Made by a program: the position numbers and the translations under genes. A stretch of DNA of 51,897 bases, counting the filler, from Catajapyx aquilonaris (lineage: Eukaryota), in assembly GCA_000934665.2 (NCBI GenBank). It is 3 parts of 3 records of this genome, joined end to end, with 100 filler letters (N's around TTAATTAATTAA, not from the genome) between each part and the next. Parts side by side here need not be neighbours in the genome. Positions count along the whole stretch, not along the records: positions 17,330 to 34,577 come from KZ539626.1; positions 34,678 to 51,897 come from JYFJ02007000.1; 1 more part is not named here. One strand, given 5' to 3'. Under the pieces are notes generated by a model. The model was not told where the DNA came from. It did not search any database and saw nothing but the letters and a program-made list of their open reading frames with translations. Below, in pieces: positions 22,816 through 35,607 of the stretch; positions within the stretch are counted from its first letter, which is position 1, and each line of letters begins with the position of its first letter.

Positions 22816-25352
22816 CAAATCTCCCACATTCACCTAAGCTTGTGTGACCTTGAACCCCCCCCCCCCCAANAAAAAAACCCCCAATTTACGGCTAGTTCAC
22901 CTTGTGCTTAGGAAATGGGCCCCCCTCCGAAATTCTTCTGCCTACACGCCTGTACAGGACATCATAAATGGCTTTTGGAAAAAGTTGTACTATTTATTGT
23001 CCAAATTCAATGGATAAATGCTAGAAAATCATAATGAATAGTTACAAATTATATTTTATAAACAAATGCAGCACAGGAAAACTGGTGTGGAAAGTGAGGA
23101 GAGGTGGTGGGAGGGACAGTCTTGCGCAGTATTTTTCCTGGACCTACTCTCATCGCTTTAAAAAACCAATTTTTTGGATAGTGAGATGAGAAACCTGCAG
23201 ATTTTTGGGGCAGTATGGGACATGTGTGTCATTTCAAGAGCTATTAGTACACGGGAAATTTAAAAGCTCCCCTTTCACATATAGGCGACTGGGCACGATA
23301 GGTCTTAAATGCGTTATGTGAAATAAAGTAACAAAGTTAATCAAACAAAAAATAATTCAGGCACACCTGGATTATGCAAACTGCCGAGTTTGTTTCCATT
23401 TATATTTCTGTTGTTTTCATGGGGATATGTGCTTGCATTGACTTTCATTCCTATAACAGTTCTAAAGGGTGACTCAAGTCAGGACCCATAGGTAATTGTA
23501 TTGTATTGTCGAGCCATCTAGCAGGCTGTTGACACTCGGTAAAGGTTTAGTTGGCACAGTTAGTACTTGGTGTTGGCACAACTGGAAACCAACAATACAA
23601 TCAAATTACGTATGGGTCCTGACTTTAGTGTCACCCTGCATAATGAAACAAAGAAAATGGAAAGTACGTACGTGTTTGTTTTCAGTCCCCTTTCAATGTC
23701 TCATCATCCCTTCTTGGTTGATCTCTGGGTCCTGCTTTCTGGAAAAGTGCCAGCCCTAGTTGAAAACCATTACTCTCAAAAACATGCACCATGAATTTTG
23801 CATCTGTTCGTGCATCCAGCCCCAGAATGGAATCACTTTTACCAGATCAGGTGGATGAACCTAGTTGACTCAGTTTTGTGATGCAAACAATACTATCCTT
23901 TTTTTGCTGGTTATGCCATTCCAGAAAGAATAAAAGGTGCGAGGTGTCTGGGAATCTATATTTGAGAATTTTCAATATTTTCATGCATCCACTCTCCTCC
24001 TCTTCCTCCCCCTCTGCCTATTCTTCCCCCTCCTCATCCATTATTTACACACACAATTATTCTTGCTCCACAGTATTTCACTAAGATCTTAATGGCAGTG
24101 GCAAGATGTATTACATTAGATGCGCTTTTCTCACCTATGGATACCAGGATGAGGTCTCCCCTGGTTTATATTTTTGTTGATGCTTTTGCTATACATTTTA
24201 TGTAGCAATGCAAGCATACAATTGTTGCTCTTTTTCCCCTTCCAGCTAGGATTGTATAGTGGAAGACAAGTGTGCAATTCCATCAGTGGCATTCAAGGAT
24301 GACAGACAAGGCAAGTAATTCACATTAGGGGTGGGCCTGCAACAGCATTGCTGGATATTCTATCAGCTCAGTGCATGGAAGAGTTGCCAATTTAGTGGGT
24401 CTAAGCAAGAAGGGCATTTCCCAACTCAACCCAACTTTTCAGGGGAGCAAGTTAAGGTTTTACAACTGAAACATTCTTGCAGCTTATTTCTGCAATTTTT
24501 TAGGGTTTTCTCTATTTTTTTTTCCATAGCTCATGCTTAATGATAATTTTAGATTGCCATGTTTTGTATTGGAATCAAAACGTCTTGCACCATGGTGTGA
24601 AAAATACCATCAGCCTTGTTTGTTTTGTGCGGGACAAAAAAGGAGCATCCCAATATTACATTAAACTTTCATATAATAATGGTATAATTATGGAATTACA
24701 TTTGTTTCACGACACCTCCTCAGCCGCAATTTTCGACCCGTGTCCCCTACCCTTTTCATTTGAAAACAAAGAGTTACAGATGTGAACATTACTGTGTTTT
24801 TAAGCTCTCTCGATGTCACTTTGTGTAGTATGCTACAGATTGTTTAAAACTTGAATGCGTCCATTCTAAGAAGTATTGGGCCTGTATTGAAAGCCAATGT
24901 GGTCAAACACCATAGTAATTAAGAAATAGTGTACACAACTGTAACAGGAGTTTCCATTATCCAACCCACTCTCCACAGTTACATCGATTGAACTTCAATA
25001 CCCAGTAAAGTCAATATCTGTAACTGCTTTCGCTTTCAAATGAAAAGGGTGGGACACACTGGTCGAAAATGGTGGCTGGGGGGTGTCGTTCGCATTTAGT
25101 TTCTCCCTCTGACTTTTGTAAAATCTGCATACCTCAACAGATGTACTGTATATACATCGTCAGAGCTTCAAAACTCAGTAAAATTCACATTTGTAACTTT
25201 TCCAGTTCCGGTTTTCAAATAAAACAGACACGAACTTTCAGCCTCCTTTAGCAGGTATCCCTACACATTTTGCAACATGGTCGATTTTTTTTCGCTCAAT
25301 GGGTGTTTTCTCTGTGTTTGAGCCTAACATATTTAATAACTTAATTTTTATG

Positions 25353-25694
25353 AGGGGAGACGGAGTGGCGCCGCGGTAACGCGCGCGCCCACGGAAGTTA
25401 AGGTCCCGGGTTCAATCCCCACCCGGGGTTCCCACCTTCTTTCGTGCAGAGTTGGGCCATCTCTGGCTTCGTTTCGGGTGGCAATTTCCGGCAGACTAAG
25501 CCACCCGGGGGAGTTCACAAAATGACGATTAGAGACATTGCACTTGCACTTTGCACATCCCCTCCCACCCACCCTTGGAGCATACTAATTAAGATTCTTC
25601 TTAAACTCGCTCCAAAACAAATTCCAAAGGTGGCAACCCACCCCCCCTAAGGAGTAGTATAACTCCCCCCGTGGGGTAATGAAAAAAAAAAAAA

Positions 25695-25742
<48 letters not shown>
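25353..25742 (+). mobile_element. tRNA-derived SINE (family 3), full length, with A/(TAA)n tail and 18-bp TSD
   Basis: tRNA-like head with GGTTCAATCC. AATAACTTAATTTTTATG at 25335-25352 and 25743-25760. Homologs at about 26205-26350 and 30541-30780. Confidence 0.88.
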
Positions 25743-25748
<6 letters not shown>

Positions 25749-25787
25749 TTAATTTTTATGTATGGGTTCCCTGAGACATGAATATAA

Positions 25788-26039
25788 TTGAAGGGCTCCA
25801 TGAAAGAAGGGGGTAACTAACGAGGAATCCATTTCAAGATAATGCAAGGGAAAGTTTCTTGCTTATATCTTTGGATGGAGACTTACCCCCTTAATGCACT
25901 GCCCAACTCGAGAACGGTGGGAGATGGAAGACTGCAAATGCTACGTATTGGTAGCGCTGCAGTTACCCCCTTCTTCAACATGTCTTACACAAAATTGGCC
26001 AAAGTGATAGTTACCACCTTCTTTCATGGAGCCCTTCAA
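25788..26039. mobile_element. MITE
   Basis: TTGAAGGGCTCCATGAAAGAAGGGGGTAACT and AGTTACCACCTTCTTTCATGGAGCCCTTCAA inverted ends. Confidence 0.75.
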
Positions 26040-26559
26040 TTTAAAGGGTTCTGCTTAAATGCTTTCATGGCATCCACTATGTAGCTTACATGAAATGCAA
26101 CTTACAAGTTAGTATACATAATTAGTTTACAGCAGTATATTGTGCAAATGTAACTTGCAAGAATTTTCCTTTTGAAGTTGAGATGAAGTGCACTTACTGC
26201 CCTTACCCCCTTCATCTTGTGCAGAGTTCGGGCTGATCTCTGGCATCGTCTCAGGTGGTATCTCTGTTACGACAAACCACCCAGGGGAGTTCACAAAATG
26301 ACCACAGTAACGACAATCCGCTGCACCTTGCACATCCCCTCCTGTCATCCTGCCTGTGGGCTCGGGCAGTTCAATTAATAGGTTCCACTGTATAATGGTT
26401 CAAATAAAGGGTTGTGTGTTATACCCCCGAGGTGGGGTGAAAGCACTACCCGGGATTATTATTATTATTATTATTATAGAGGATGCTGAGAGACGGTTAC
26501 CACAAGGACCAATACACAAAAGGAATGCCAAACTTTTCCCATTGCTATTGGTCCTTCCC

Positions 26560-26606
26560 AGAATTCTCGGATGCACAGGAAAAAGTGCATAAGTAAAAGT
26601 GCTCTT

Positions 26607-26637
<31 letters not shown>

Positions 26638-26730
26638 NNNNNNNNNNGGGGGGGGGGGGGGGGGGGGGGGAGTGTAAGGGAAAAAAATCTTATTTTGACT
26701 TATGCACTTTTTCCCGCGCATCCAAGAATT
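26560..26730. mobile_element. Small MITE with polyC/polyG core and an N gap, just upstream of VIPAS39
   Basis: AATTCTCGGATGCACAGGAAAAAGTGCATAAG and CTTATGCACTTTTTCCCGCGCATCCAAGAATT inverted arms. Ns at 26638-26647. Confidence 0.65.
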
Positions 26731-26765
26731 ACGCTGTAAAGTAGGACAGAAACCTCATACTAAAA

Positions 26766-29700
26766 ATGAACAAACAGGTAGTGTTCGGCAGAGTGGGTCA
26801 GGAAGATGAGGCATACTGGAGTTCCAGCAGCACTGGGGCTTTCAAGTTCAACTTTGACAATAATCCTTCATCATCATCAACAAGAACAACGACGACGACG
26901 ATGGAAGATTCTTCACCATTGGATTCACATGGGATGTTTGGTGTGTCCGAGGCTGGTGCTGCCCAGCTCTCACGCCAGATGCGTGCTAGTGTCAACTGGA
27001 GTGACACCACCTTCCAAGATTATGATTCTTACCTAGAACTAGAGCTTTCCAGTGCTGCTGCTGAAGCCATAAACAGATTGTCTTTAGTACCCAGAATTTC
27101 AGATAAGTTGGAGCGTGAAGTGGCACCAGATATACCTTCTCTTCAAAGACAGTTGGTGACCGCTAAGGAGGAGAGATTTGTGCCACTGACAACTGTAGAG
27201 ACAATAGCATGTATGATGCTAGGACAACCCTATTCTTTAGAAGGGTACAAGTCACTTGAGGATAAGACTAGCCTGTTGAAAGATGCCATTGCACTTGGAG
27301 ATGGTGATGCAATTTTAACGGTAACACTATTCTTGTCAAAGACACTCAACAAGGCTCACTTTAGGAGACTGATTCAGGCTCATTCAGAAGCAGCCAACCA
27401 CTATGTGAACCACCTTGTCACACGATGCATGTATCAAGAAGTTACTGATGTGCTGGCGTGAGTGTCTCTTCCCTTGCCAGCAGAATTTGTAATTTTTTTA
27501 AAAAAAATCTTTACCTTGTTTTGCAGAATGCTTGGAAGGCACAAGAGTGCATCAGTAAGTTGCAAAATTATTTTTATGCAGTTCATTTGAAATCTGACTT
27601 CCAAAACTAGTGATATTCACAAACATCATCGTCAAGAATTTTGAATTCACAGTAATTTAGCATGTAGTACCATACACAGTAGAATATTAAATGGGGAAGA
27701 TAATGGAAAATATATGCTCTCAGTAAGCTTAGAAAAGGAAAACATTAATCATCATCAAAGATTTTGATGACTGAGTTGTAAGGTAAAGCAATGGACTCAA
27801 TTTTTCTTCTTCCAACAGGTGGTACGACTGCAGCATGTGCTTACTTCATACGGGAATGCAGAGACACGTCTGGTACAATTGCGCAAGTGCCAGCAAACAT
27901 TTTTTCAGGAGCCTGGAGATCCTGATGGGCCCCTCATACAAGAGTTCATCTTACTCTTAGGTTTTAAAAAAAAGTTTTTATTTATTTATGATTTTATAAA
28001 AAGAAGATGTCACAAATGCAATGGAGAGGATGAGAAATCACCTCTGCTGTGATTAGGGGGAAAAATCCACATCTGAAATGTGCAGTAAGGTCATCTCTAT
28101 TAGGACAGTAAATTGGGGGCAACTGTGGTACCAACAGCAAGCGATGTTGGACTATTAATATTATCTGTGGCACATAATAATAATAATAATACATACCCGG
28201 TTATCAGCCATCGGCTCTTTAGGGGGGAAGTTTGTTTTGCCTGGAACTCTTTGCTTTCATTTTACTGTGCTCTTTGGGATAGGATAGGGACGGAAGGAAG
28301 CGGCTGTGGCCTATTAATTACGGAAGCAACTCCGGAATTTTCCTGGAAGGACCGTGGGAAACCACAGAAAACCACGGTCAGAGTTGCCTGCCCCGGGATT
28401 CGAACCCAGGACCTCCCGATTATCAGTCGGACGCCTTATCCACTATGCCAACCTGCTTCGGTTATCTGTGGCACATAAAAGTTAATAAGAAGCCTAATAA
28501 GTCATGTGTTTTACAGAATCGAGCAAGGGCTGCTTGACGGAAAATTTATTTAGGGCCTGTTCACACGTGGCCACTTCAGTCGCGCGCCACAGCCACAGCC
28601 TACTGCAATCGCTGGCTTCCGGCACTGCAAGCGCTCGAGTCGGCCACTGCACTGGGGCAGGCGCTCGCCACAGCAGGTGGGCCAGATTCAGTATGGCAAC
28701 CAGTGGCTTTAAATGCATTATTGCTACTCCTTCTATTGACAAGGAATAAAAAGTGCAGGCAAAACAGGAAAATTCATGTTCATCCTTGCCTGGAAAGGTC
28801 GTCGTCGAAAGGACTGTACCATATACTATTCCAAGATCTGAGGAAAGATGATGAAAGGTTTCTCTCTCTCTCTCTCTCTCGATATGAGCTTCATTTATCG
28901 CTAGGCAGATTAAAAAGCCTGTATTCGGTGTCGGGACAAACCCTATCAATCACATCTGGAGTTACCGTTGCAATCCTATCCTGTAGGTGCTGGATATCTC
29001 TGACATTGACACCACAGACATTGTTCTTGATGATTCAAATAAAAAAGTCGCCTCATCCATGAAATAAACTTGTCGTAGAAATTTTTTATTTGTTCAGCTT
29101 CCCAGTGTGAGAAGTCTCATATGAGAAATTTCTCCATGCCTACCCCCTCCAAAAGCCCAGGTTTTACCCAGATTGACTTTTCTGTGGAGATACATGTATG
29201 GTGACAAGATTCGGCACCACCCTCACCTACAAGAAAAGATTTCAGAGGTAACGCCAGACATGCCTGAGCGGGTTAGGCAGGACACCGATTACCCTATTTA
29301 CATTTTTTGAGCGACAAATGGAGCTCATATCGAAACAAACTATGGTAAGACCATAACTTTAGACATTTCTTAACATTTCAAAACTTAAATCATTAAGATA
29401 TCTCTACAAGTTTTCGAGTTATAGGGTTTTAAAAACTGGACATTCGTTTTCGATGACCATGTAGCGTGGACATATGACTCGGCCTGTGGGCCTGTTGCGG
29501 TGGCCTGTGGCTGTGGCTCCGTATGAATGCACCAATGCAAACCAATGGTCCGCTACCAAGTGGCGCCTGGCCTTGAGCGCTTGTAGGAGCAAAGACGCTC
29601 GGGCCTGCCACTCAATCGTGCGGTCGAGCAACTTCCAAGCCACTCCAGGACCACAGACGCTACCCTAGCCACTGAAGTGGCCACGTGTGAATGCTCTCAT

Positions 29701-32700
29701 TTAATCCTGTGTATTTCCAAAGGTGGCCAGTTGCTGTGGTGTGCATCTACCACTAAAAGTGGCCCTGTGTGAACCGGGGCTTAGATATATAGATTCTTGG
29801 TTATTATTTTTCTACACACAAGGGGTTTCTTACTTGTAGGTCAACCCTACAGTCAGTGTATTCCTTTGGCCGAAACAAGTACAAATGTAGGGGGGAGAAA
29901 TGTTGAGGGACCAACCGGTCATGAGGTAGACAACCAGAAATAGTGGCCAGTGGTTGCCTAGGGAGCAGGATATGAGGGTAATAATCATGACTGTTGGGAT
30001 TTGTGAGATCACCTCTTTCACAGAAGTTATTATTACTGCTCATATCCCGCTCCTTAGGAAACCACTGGCCAATGTTTCTGGTCGTCTACCTTGTTAACTG
30101 TCGGTTCCTCAACATTTCTCTCCCCTACATTTTTGACTTGCTTTGGCCCAAGGAATACACTGACTTCGGGTTGACCTACTATTAAGAAACACCCTGTATT
30201 TAGAAGGCCTTTTACACGAGCATCATGTGAACATCCACTGAATCCATGTTTTCCTTCAACTTAATTTGTTCTTACAGAGTATCTATTTACTATTGTAACT
30301 CAGAAATGTTAGCAACGGGTTTCTGCACCATCTATTTAGCCACCCACAGCATGTTTTAGTGACAAGTAAGGATGCATGCATCAAGAATATAAATAAGTTT
30401 CTGTTGCTAGAAAAGCAGTAGGAAATCCATTTAAAACAATGCTAAAATGTTGGGAGACTACACAGTGGGTAAGATGAAATCCTCAGGGTTATTGCATTCA
30501 TTCTTATGCTGTATTGGAGGAATAACTTGCCACTAGTGAGCGGGGAGGCGGAGTGGCGCTGCGGTAACGTATGCGCCCTATGATGGAAGGGTTCCGGTTC
30601 GATCCCAAGCCAGGGCATTCCCCCCTTTCACCTGGTGCAGAGTTTGGGGTAGCCTCTCACTTTGCCTTGGATGGGATTTTCGCTAGACTAACCACCTGGG
30701 GGAGCTCACAAAATGACCTTCGTAAACGACAATGCACTACACACTGCACATCCCCTCCTTGTCACCTCGCCCCTTGACCAGGGCATCAAACATTGGAACA
30801 TGGTTCTATGTTAATAAAATCCCCTTCCCCACTAAGAGGGCCTAGTCCTGTCACTGGGTAACATTAAAAATTATTTTTAAAAACTGGCCACTAGTGAATC
30901 ACATAGCAGTCACACATTCTGCTGCTAATGCCCACATATGCACTGCTTGCCAGGGTACAAAGCCGTTTTTTCCCCCCAGTAATGTACAGTAATATAGGTA
31001 GGCCCCATTTTGATGCACGGCTGTATGACATTTCACATTAATGACCTTTTCAAAATTGCCTTTAAATGTTTCAAGAATATTAAAATGTGACATTTTTAAA
31101 GTAACACAAAAATTGAGACACATGTAAGTCCAAAAACATCATAGGCTCTCTTTTTTGGTTTTGTGATGCATTGTGGCAGGGTCTGTAGGTGTACTGCTAG
31201 GCCTTGATTTACTACTTTTCATTTTACAACCCTCTTTTGCTGGAACCTAACCTAGTCATAAAATGGGGCCTACCAAATTGTTCTAAACCAAGGGGATATT
31301 CTGATGACCTTGCTAGCAGCAGCAATTTAGTCACTTTCTTTATGCATGCAGCAGAACATGGAAATGAATATTCTTTTGCTAATCTTTCCAAATACAACCC
31401 CTAATCCTTTCTTTCACTTGCTAGAACGCCAGATGCAGATATCGAAGACAGATTCAACTGGCCATTGGGAGGTGGTAGCAGGGACTGCCCAACATGGAAC
31501 CCCATCAACCACACCAAACGTGCCAGGATCATCTGTCCTGTCTACACTCCATCACTGCTGCCAACATCATTGGGGAGAGCCGGAGTCACACTCATCCTCT
31601 CCTCTATCTGTATCCAAGTGCCACTCCCTCTCAGAGCGCCAGTTCACATGGGTGGCTCTCCGTGCCAGATCTGAGGCTCAGAAGTGGGGAGATGTGGAAT
31701 CTCTCTTTGCCAAGAAGAGCTGGCTTGGGGGAACTAAGATGCGGGCAGTGCTGCCCTTTGAGGAAGCTGTCAGAGTTATGGCACATTATGGTGCACCTCC
31801 TAGTGTGCTGCATAAATACCTGCAGGCAGTAGAGAGCGGAACCAAGAGGATGGAGCTGGCGAAGCGCTACAAGTGTCATGAGGTTGTAGTTGATGTAAGT
31901 GGAGTGATTTTCTTAGCTACATCTCAGGCACTGCTTGACGTTGTCATGGATTTAGGTTAGGATAATGACATTCTGTAGGAGTATAAGTTATTAGTCAAGA
32001 TCTGTATAAAGAGAGGTTGGAGACATGGCTTTTTGGATGCCACATTTTGCCACCTGAATGCTTTAAAATTGTTTAGTTTGTTACAAGAGTGTTACAGCAA
32101 CTTTGAAACAACTACCACCTATGCCACACATGGTTGTGTCAAGGCCTGTTTACATGAGGCTCCTACTAGCAAAACATAAGCATGGCCCACCAATCAGTAT
32201 CGAGATCAGGCCACCACATGTTACTTTCTGCATGCTGCAACAGGTCATGCTTATGTTTAGCTAGCGGCAGCCCCAAGAAAATGCAAGTTTCTGTGGTCAC
32301 ACTCCAAGTGATCCTCTGGTTCAGAGAGATGCAACCTTATAGGTTCATTGGAATCTCAACGAAATAGAGGGCCTCCTGTCCTGACTAATAGGATTGATTC
32401 ACTCTACATTTAGAAAATGCTGCATTTATTTTCTCTGGTAGCTTTTACTAGTTTTACAACAAATGTGGGGAGGGAACAGTATTTATTAGCACTTGTGACA
32501 AATAAACTCTATAACCCTTCCAGACATTGGTGAGTCAAGGTGATCGACTAGCCTTAATGAAGTATTCATCTACCCTGCAGCCACGCAGTTCAGGGCATAC
32601 CTATGCAGAAAATGCTCTCCGAGTATCAGTACGTACCTACATACGTGGGATTCTAAATACTTGACTGACAATCTTTCACCTTTCAGACTACCAGATGGAA

Positions 32701-32707
32701 GAATTAA
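26766..32707 (+). CDS. VIPAS39: VIPAS39 / SPE-39 / Vps16B (exons 26766-27457, 27527-27554, 27819-27960, 31425-31894, 32524-32628, 32687-32707; about 485 aa)
   Basis: EDEAYWSSS N-terminus, YSLEGYKSLEDKTSLL..AI..GDGDAIL, LLERQ, KKSWLG, CHEVVVD, terminal RWKN. All introns are GT-AG and frame-consistent. The start codon is less certain. Confidence 0.92.
28178..28461 (-). mobile_element. tRNA-derived SINE (family 1) with (TTA)n tail and 17-bp TSD
   Basis: TTATCTGTGGCACATAA at 28161-28177 and 28462-28478. B box present. Homologous to 3479-3702. Confidence 0.88.
28553..29780. mobile_element. PIF/Harbinger-like non-autonomous element
   Basis: Ends GGGCCTGTTCACAC and GTGTGAACCGGGGC, flanked by TTA on both sides. 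Confidence 0.7.
29819..30196. mobile_element. Tc1/mariner-like MITE with about 165-bp inverted arms
   Basis: Right end GAAACACCCTG|TA. Arms at about 29819-29986 and 30028-30196. Confidence 0.75.
30541..30780 (+). mobile_element. SINE family 3 copy
   Basis: GGCGGAGTGGCGCTGCGGTAACG head, GGTTCGATCC, GGGGAGCTCACAAAATGAC, CTGCACATCCCCTCC. Confidence 0.8.
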
Positions 32708-32830
32708 TTATATTCTGCATACAAGAATAGATCCTGAAGATAACATCGTAATAAAAAATAACATGTTTTCCATATAACAATACATAATAAAATAAATGCA
32801 TAGCACTGAATAATTCAGATAACATGAGTC

Positions 32831-33082
32831 TTACGTGAGTTTCTTCCAATGCCACAGCCTGTACATGTGGGTACTAAGAGCTTTCCCAATGGTGCGTCCT
32901 GCATCTCCATAGCGGACAGTCTGGAGGAGCATTTCCTTCTCTTTGTCTGAGGCACAAGCATCGTAAGCATCCAGGAGGCAGCGTAATGTAGGGTAAAGGT
33001 CAACTATTCCCTTGGCTTTGGCAGCAGTGAGGCCATTGAACTGGAGGAGATGTCGGACAAACATCCCTTGCACTGTGAATTG
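32831..33082 (-). CDS. MUS81: MUS81 structure-specific endonuclease, terminal exon (HhH2 domain)
   Basis: MFVRHLLQFNGLTAAKAKGIVDLYPT..LLDAYDAC....EKEMLL....G...R.IG.ALS matches the MUS81 C-terminus. TTAAG| acceptor. Upstream exons were not found before the spacer. Confidence 0.88.
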   Translation of the reverse strand, partial: QFTVQGMFVRHLLQFNGLTAAKAKGIVDLYPTLRCLLDAYDACASDKEKEMLLQTVRYGDAGRTIGKALSTHMYRLWHWKKLT

Positions 33083-33399
33083 CTTAAGATGGAAATAAAG
33101 TAAAAGACAATTAAATTCAGACCAGATCTAAATGTCGAATGTGAAATTGTTAAAATCTACACATGATGGTTAAATAATTATGACTCAGAAAGTTATAAGT
33201 CTAAACACTTTTTCCTAGGGCAGACAGGTGGCAAGAATTACATTCAATCGCCTTACAAATGAGGTTTCAGAATTAATTGATGCAAAATTACTATTCACTT
33301 TCTAACTCTTACCATGCTTTCCCCTTCTTACAAAAGCCTTGGTCGAGTGTGGGAGCACGTATAAGGCTATGTAATGTGAAGTTGCCAAAGCTATTTTAT

Positions 33400-33532
33400 A
33401 ATGGGTGTGTATTTGATGAAATTGGTAGCACTTTTTCCAAAAAAATCATGAATTAGTAATTTCTAGTGCTATTTCAAACTGTCCTGTATATCGCCACGGT
33501 CCGGACCGCGGTCCGCCAATTGAATAGCCCTG
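33400..33532 (-). mobile_element. hAT-like element end (inverted homolog of 22663-22815)
   Basis: Reverse-complement similarity; terminus TTGAATAGCCCTG. Confidence 0.65.
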
Positions 33533-33638
33533 GACTAGATTTATGCATACCGGCACTTAAAAATCCTGAAATAGGTTCTAAAAATGCCATAGGAGGCTCT
33601 TAAAATAGCATCTCCAAAGTTCCAGATCATGGACTAGG

Positions 33639-33933
33639 TATCTAAGACTGGCCACTTCCCCTCTTATCTCGTTGGGAGGGAGAAAGGGGAGGTAATAAAG
33701 TATGGAACCACAGGTGGCGGGCTGATCAGGCCCAGACCGAAGAGAAGCTCATCGCGTTGATGCCATCAATGACTCGTTCGAAGAGGAAGCGCTCCAGGCC
33801 CAGCAGCTCATTGGTTTAAATAAGACACGATGTGCTTCTCTTCGATCTGGGCTCAGATCAGCGCGCACCGCCTGTGGTTCTGTACTGCATTACCTCCCCG
33901 TGACCCAAAGGGGCTGTGGCCAGTCCTTAGATA
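33639..33933. mobile_element. MITE-like inverted repeat
   Basis: TATCTAAGACTGGCCAC...GAAGAGAAGCTCATCG pairs with CGATGTGCTTCTCTTC...GTGGCCAGTCCTTAGATA. Confidence 0.7.
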
Positions 33934-34368
33934 TCAAGTCTGTGGTGCAGATACAACCTACTACGTGTCCACAAACTCAGGAATGGAATTGCAGTGTAAA
34001 TGGAAATTTCATGCTAACGCCAGCACTTGGATGTTAAGGTGGGGATATAGAGAATCCGGACTTCCCCCAGTTCCAACTCTGGCTGAAAGAGGAGGCAGTG
34101 GATCCCACCCTCCCTACACAAAAGAAGGGTCGCGTTTGAGGTTGACCATTCCCTCTAGGCACAATAAAAACCGTGAAAATTAGGGTTCCCCCAACTTCTA
34201 GTAGTTCTCAAATCATATTGTCTGCCGAAAGGTTATAGCTAAACATAAAAATCGGCTTCACTGGTCAGGAGCACAAATTTTTTGCCCATTTTGGGTGCTT
34301 GTTACGACATCACTTAAAATTTCACGCCGGCGTAAATTAATCCCATATGCAAATGACTTTTTAAAATA

Positions 34369-34472
34369 CCGTATTTACTCGCATATAAGACGCACACGCG
34401 TATAAGACGCACCCCGGTTTTGAGGCGAAAAATCGTGGAAAATCGGTTGTTGACTCATATAAGACGCACCCA
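34369..34472 (+). mobile_element. Tc2/pogo-like transposon terminus
   Basis: TA|CCGTATTTACTCGCATATAAGACGCAC with repeated TATAAGACGCAC motifs. Confidence 0.6.
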
Positions 34473-34577
34473 GATTTATTGCCATAGTTTGGGAACTGGC
34501 CTCGAGCTGCCGGCAGCAACCTCGTGTGCAATGCATGTGCGTGTGGAATCCATTAGAATCCAGTAAGGGGGGGGGGG

Positions 34578-34677
34578 NNNNNNNNNNNNNNNNNNNNNNN
34601 NNNNNNNNNNNNNNNNNNNNNTTAATTAATTAANNNNNNNNNNNNNNNNNNNNNNNNNNNNNNNNNNNNNNNNNNNN
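34578..34677. other. Artificial contig-joining spacer
   Basis: N44-TTAATTAATTAA-N44. Confidence 0.97.
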
Positions 34678-35607
34678 GCCCTCCCCTTCGTACCTGTAAA
34701 GTTCAGCCTTAGTCCGGTAGGGTCGCCACATGATAGCCTTGGGAAATGTCTCGTAGCGATCTCAAGTGGCCACCCGGTGCGTAATCCTTCGGCAGGGGGT
34801 GGGTGGGGAGTGACCTAACCTGAGTCTTCAATAACCATGTGTATGACCATTCATTTTTAAAAATTGCATGGATTTTGGATTTTTGGTTATCTCATAGAAC
34901 TAGTAGTTCCTATAATATTTTTAGCTCTGGCCTGAGGTCAGCAAATACTGTATGTTGCATGTAGCGGATAAATTCCAAAAAGTGTTGCATATAATATGAT
35001 ATTGAAATAATTTAATCATTTGTACACAAGTAAATAATCCATTATGCAAAGGACTGGATGAACAATTTGATGTCATGTGAAACTGACACATAATTGGATT
35101 ATACTCGTACAAATGATTGGAAATGTTTGAAATCTTGAAAGGTAAAGTGCATATAACCTTTGACTTTATGAAGGAACTCCCTGCCTTTTCCTTTACAACA
35201 CTAGCCGCAGGTCTTGAGATTACTTTTTGTTTCAAACTGTGAATTTTTTAGTCCATATTTATTCCATCCCGGTACCTTTTAGCTCTCGATACATAAGCTC
35301 ACGCTGTAATTAAGCTGTAGAGGATTTTTTTTCTGATTGGAACGCAATAGTTTTAAAGTTCCAGCCCCTATAGTATAGCCACCCTTATAGTATGGTCTTA
35401 TATGTACTAGTGTCATACATATTCGTCAATAATTTGCTTTCGATCAAAGAGGAGATGCTCTTCCTTTGAGACGTATGGTTAATATAATTCCAGGACTGAT
35501 CAGCCAAACAAAATTCAGATGTCACCTTACATTTTTACATTTTCAAGCAAATAATTCAGAAATGTAACCCCACCAGGTCTGCATCCATCCATCTCCTCTT
35601 CCCCAGT

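Noticed and set aside
22663..33532. Composite hAT transposon capturing VIPAS39 between two inverted ends
   Set aside because: The 8-bp flanks differ (TTCTAGCA versus GACTAGAT), and it would cut through MUS81. Two independent insertions are more likely.
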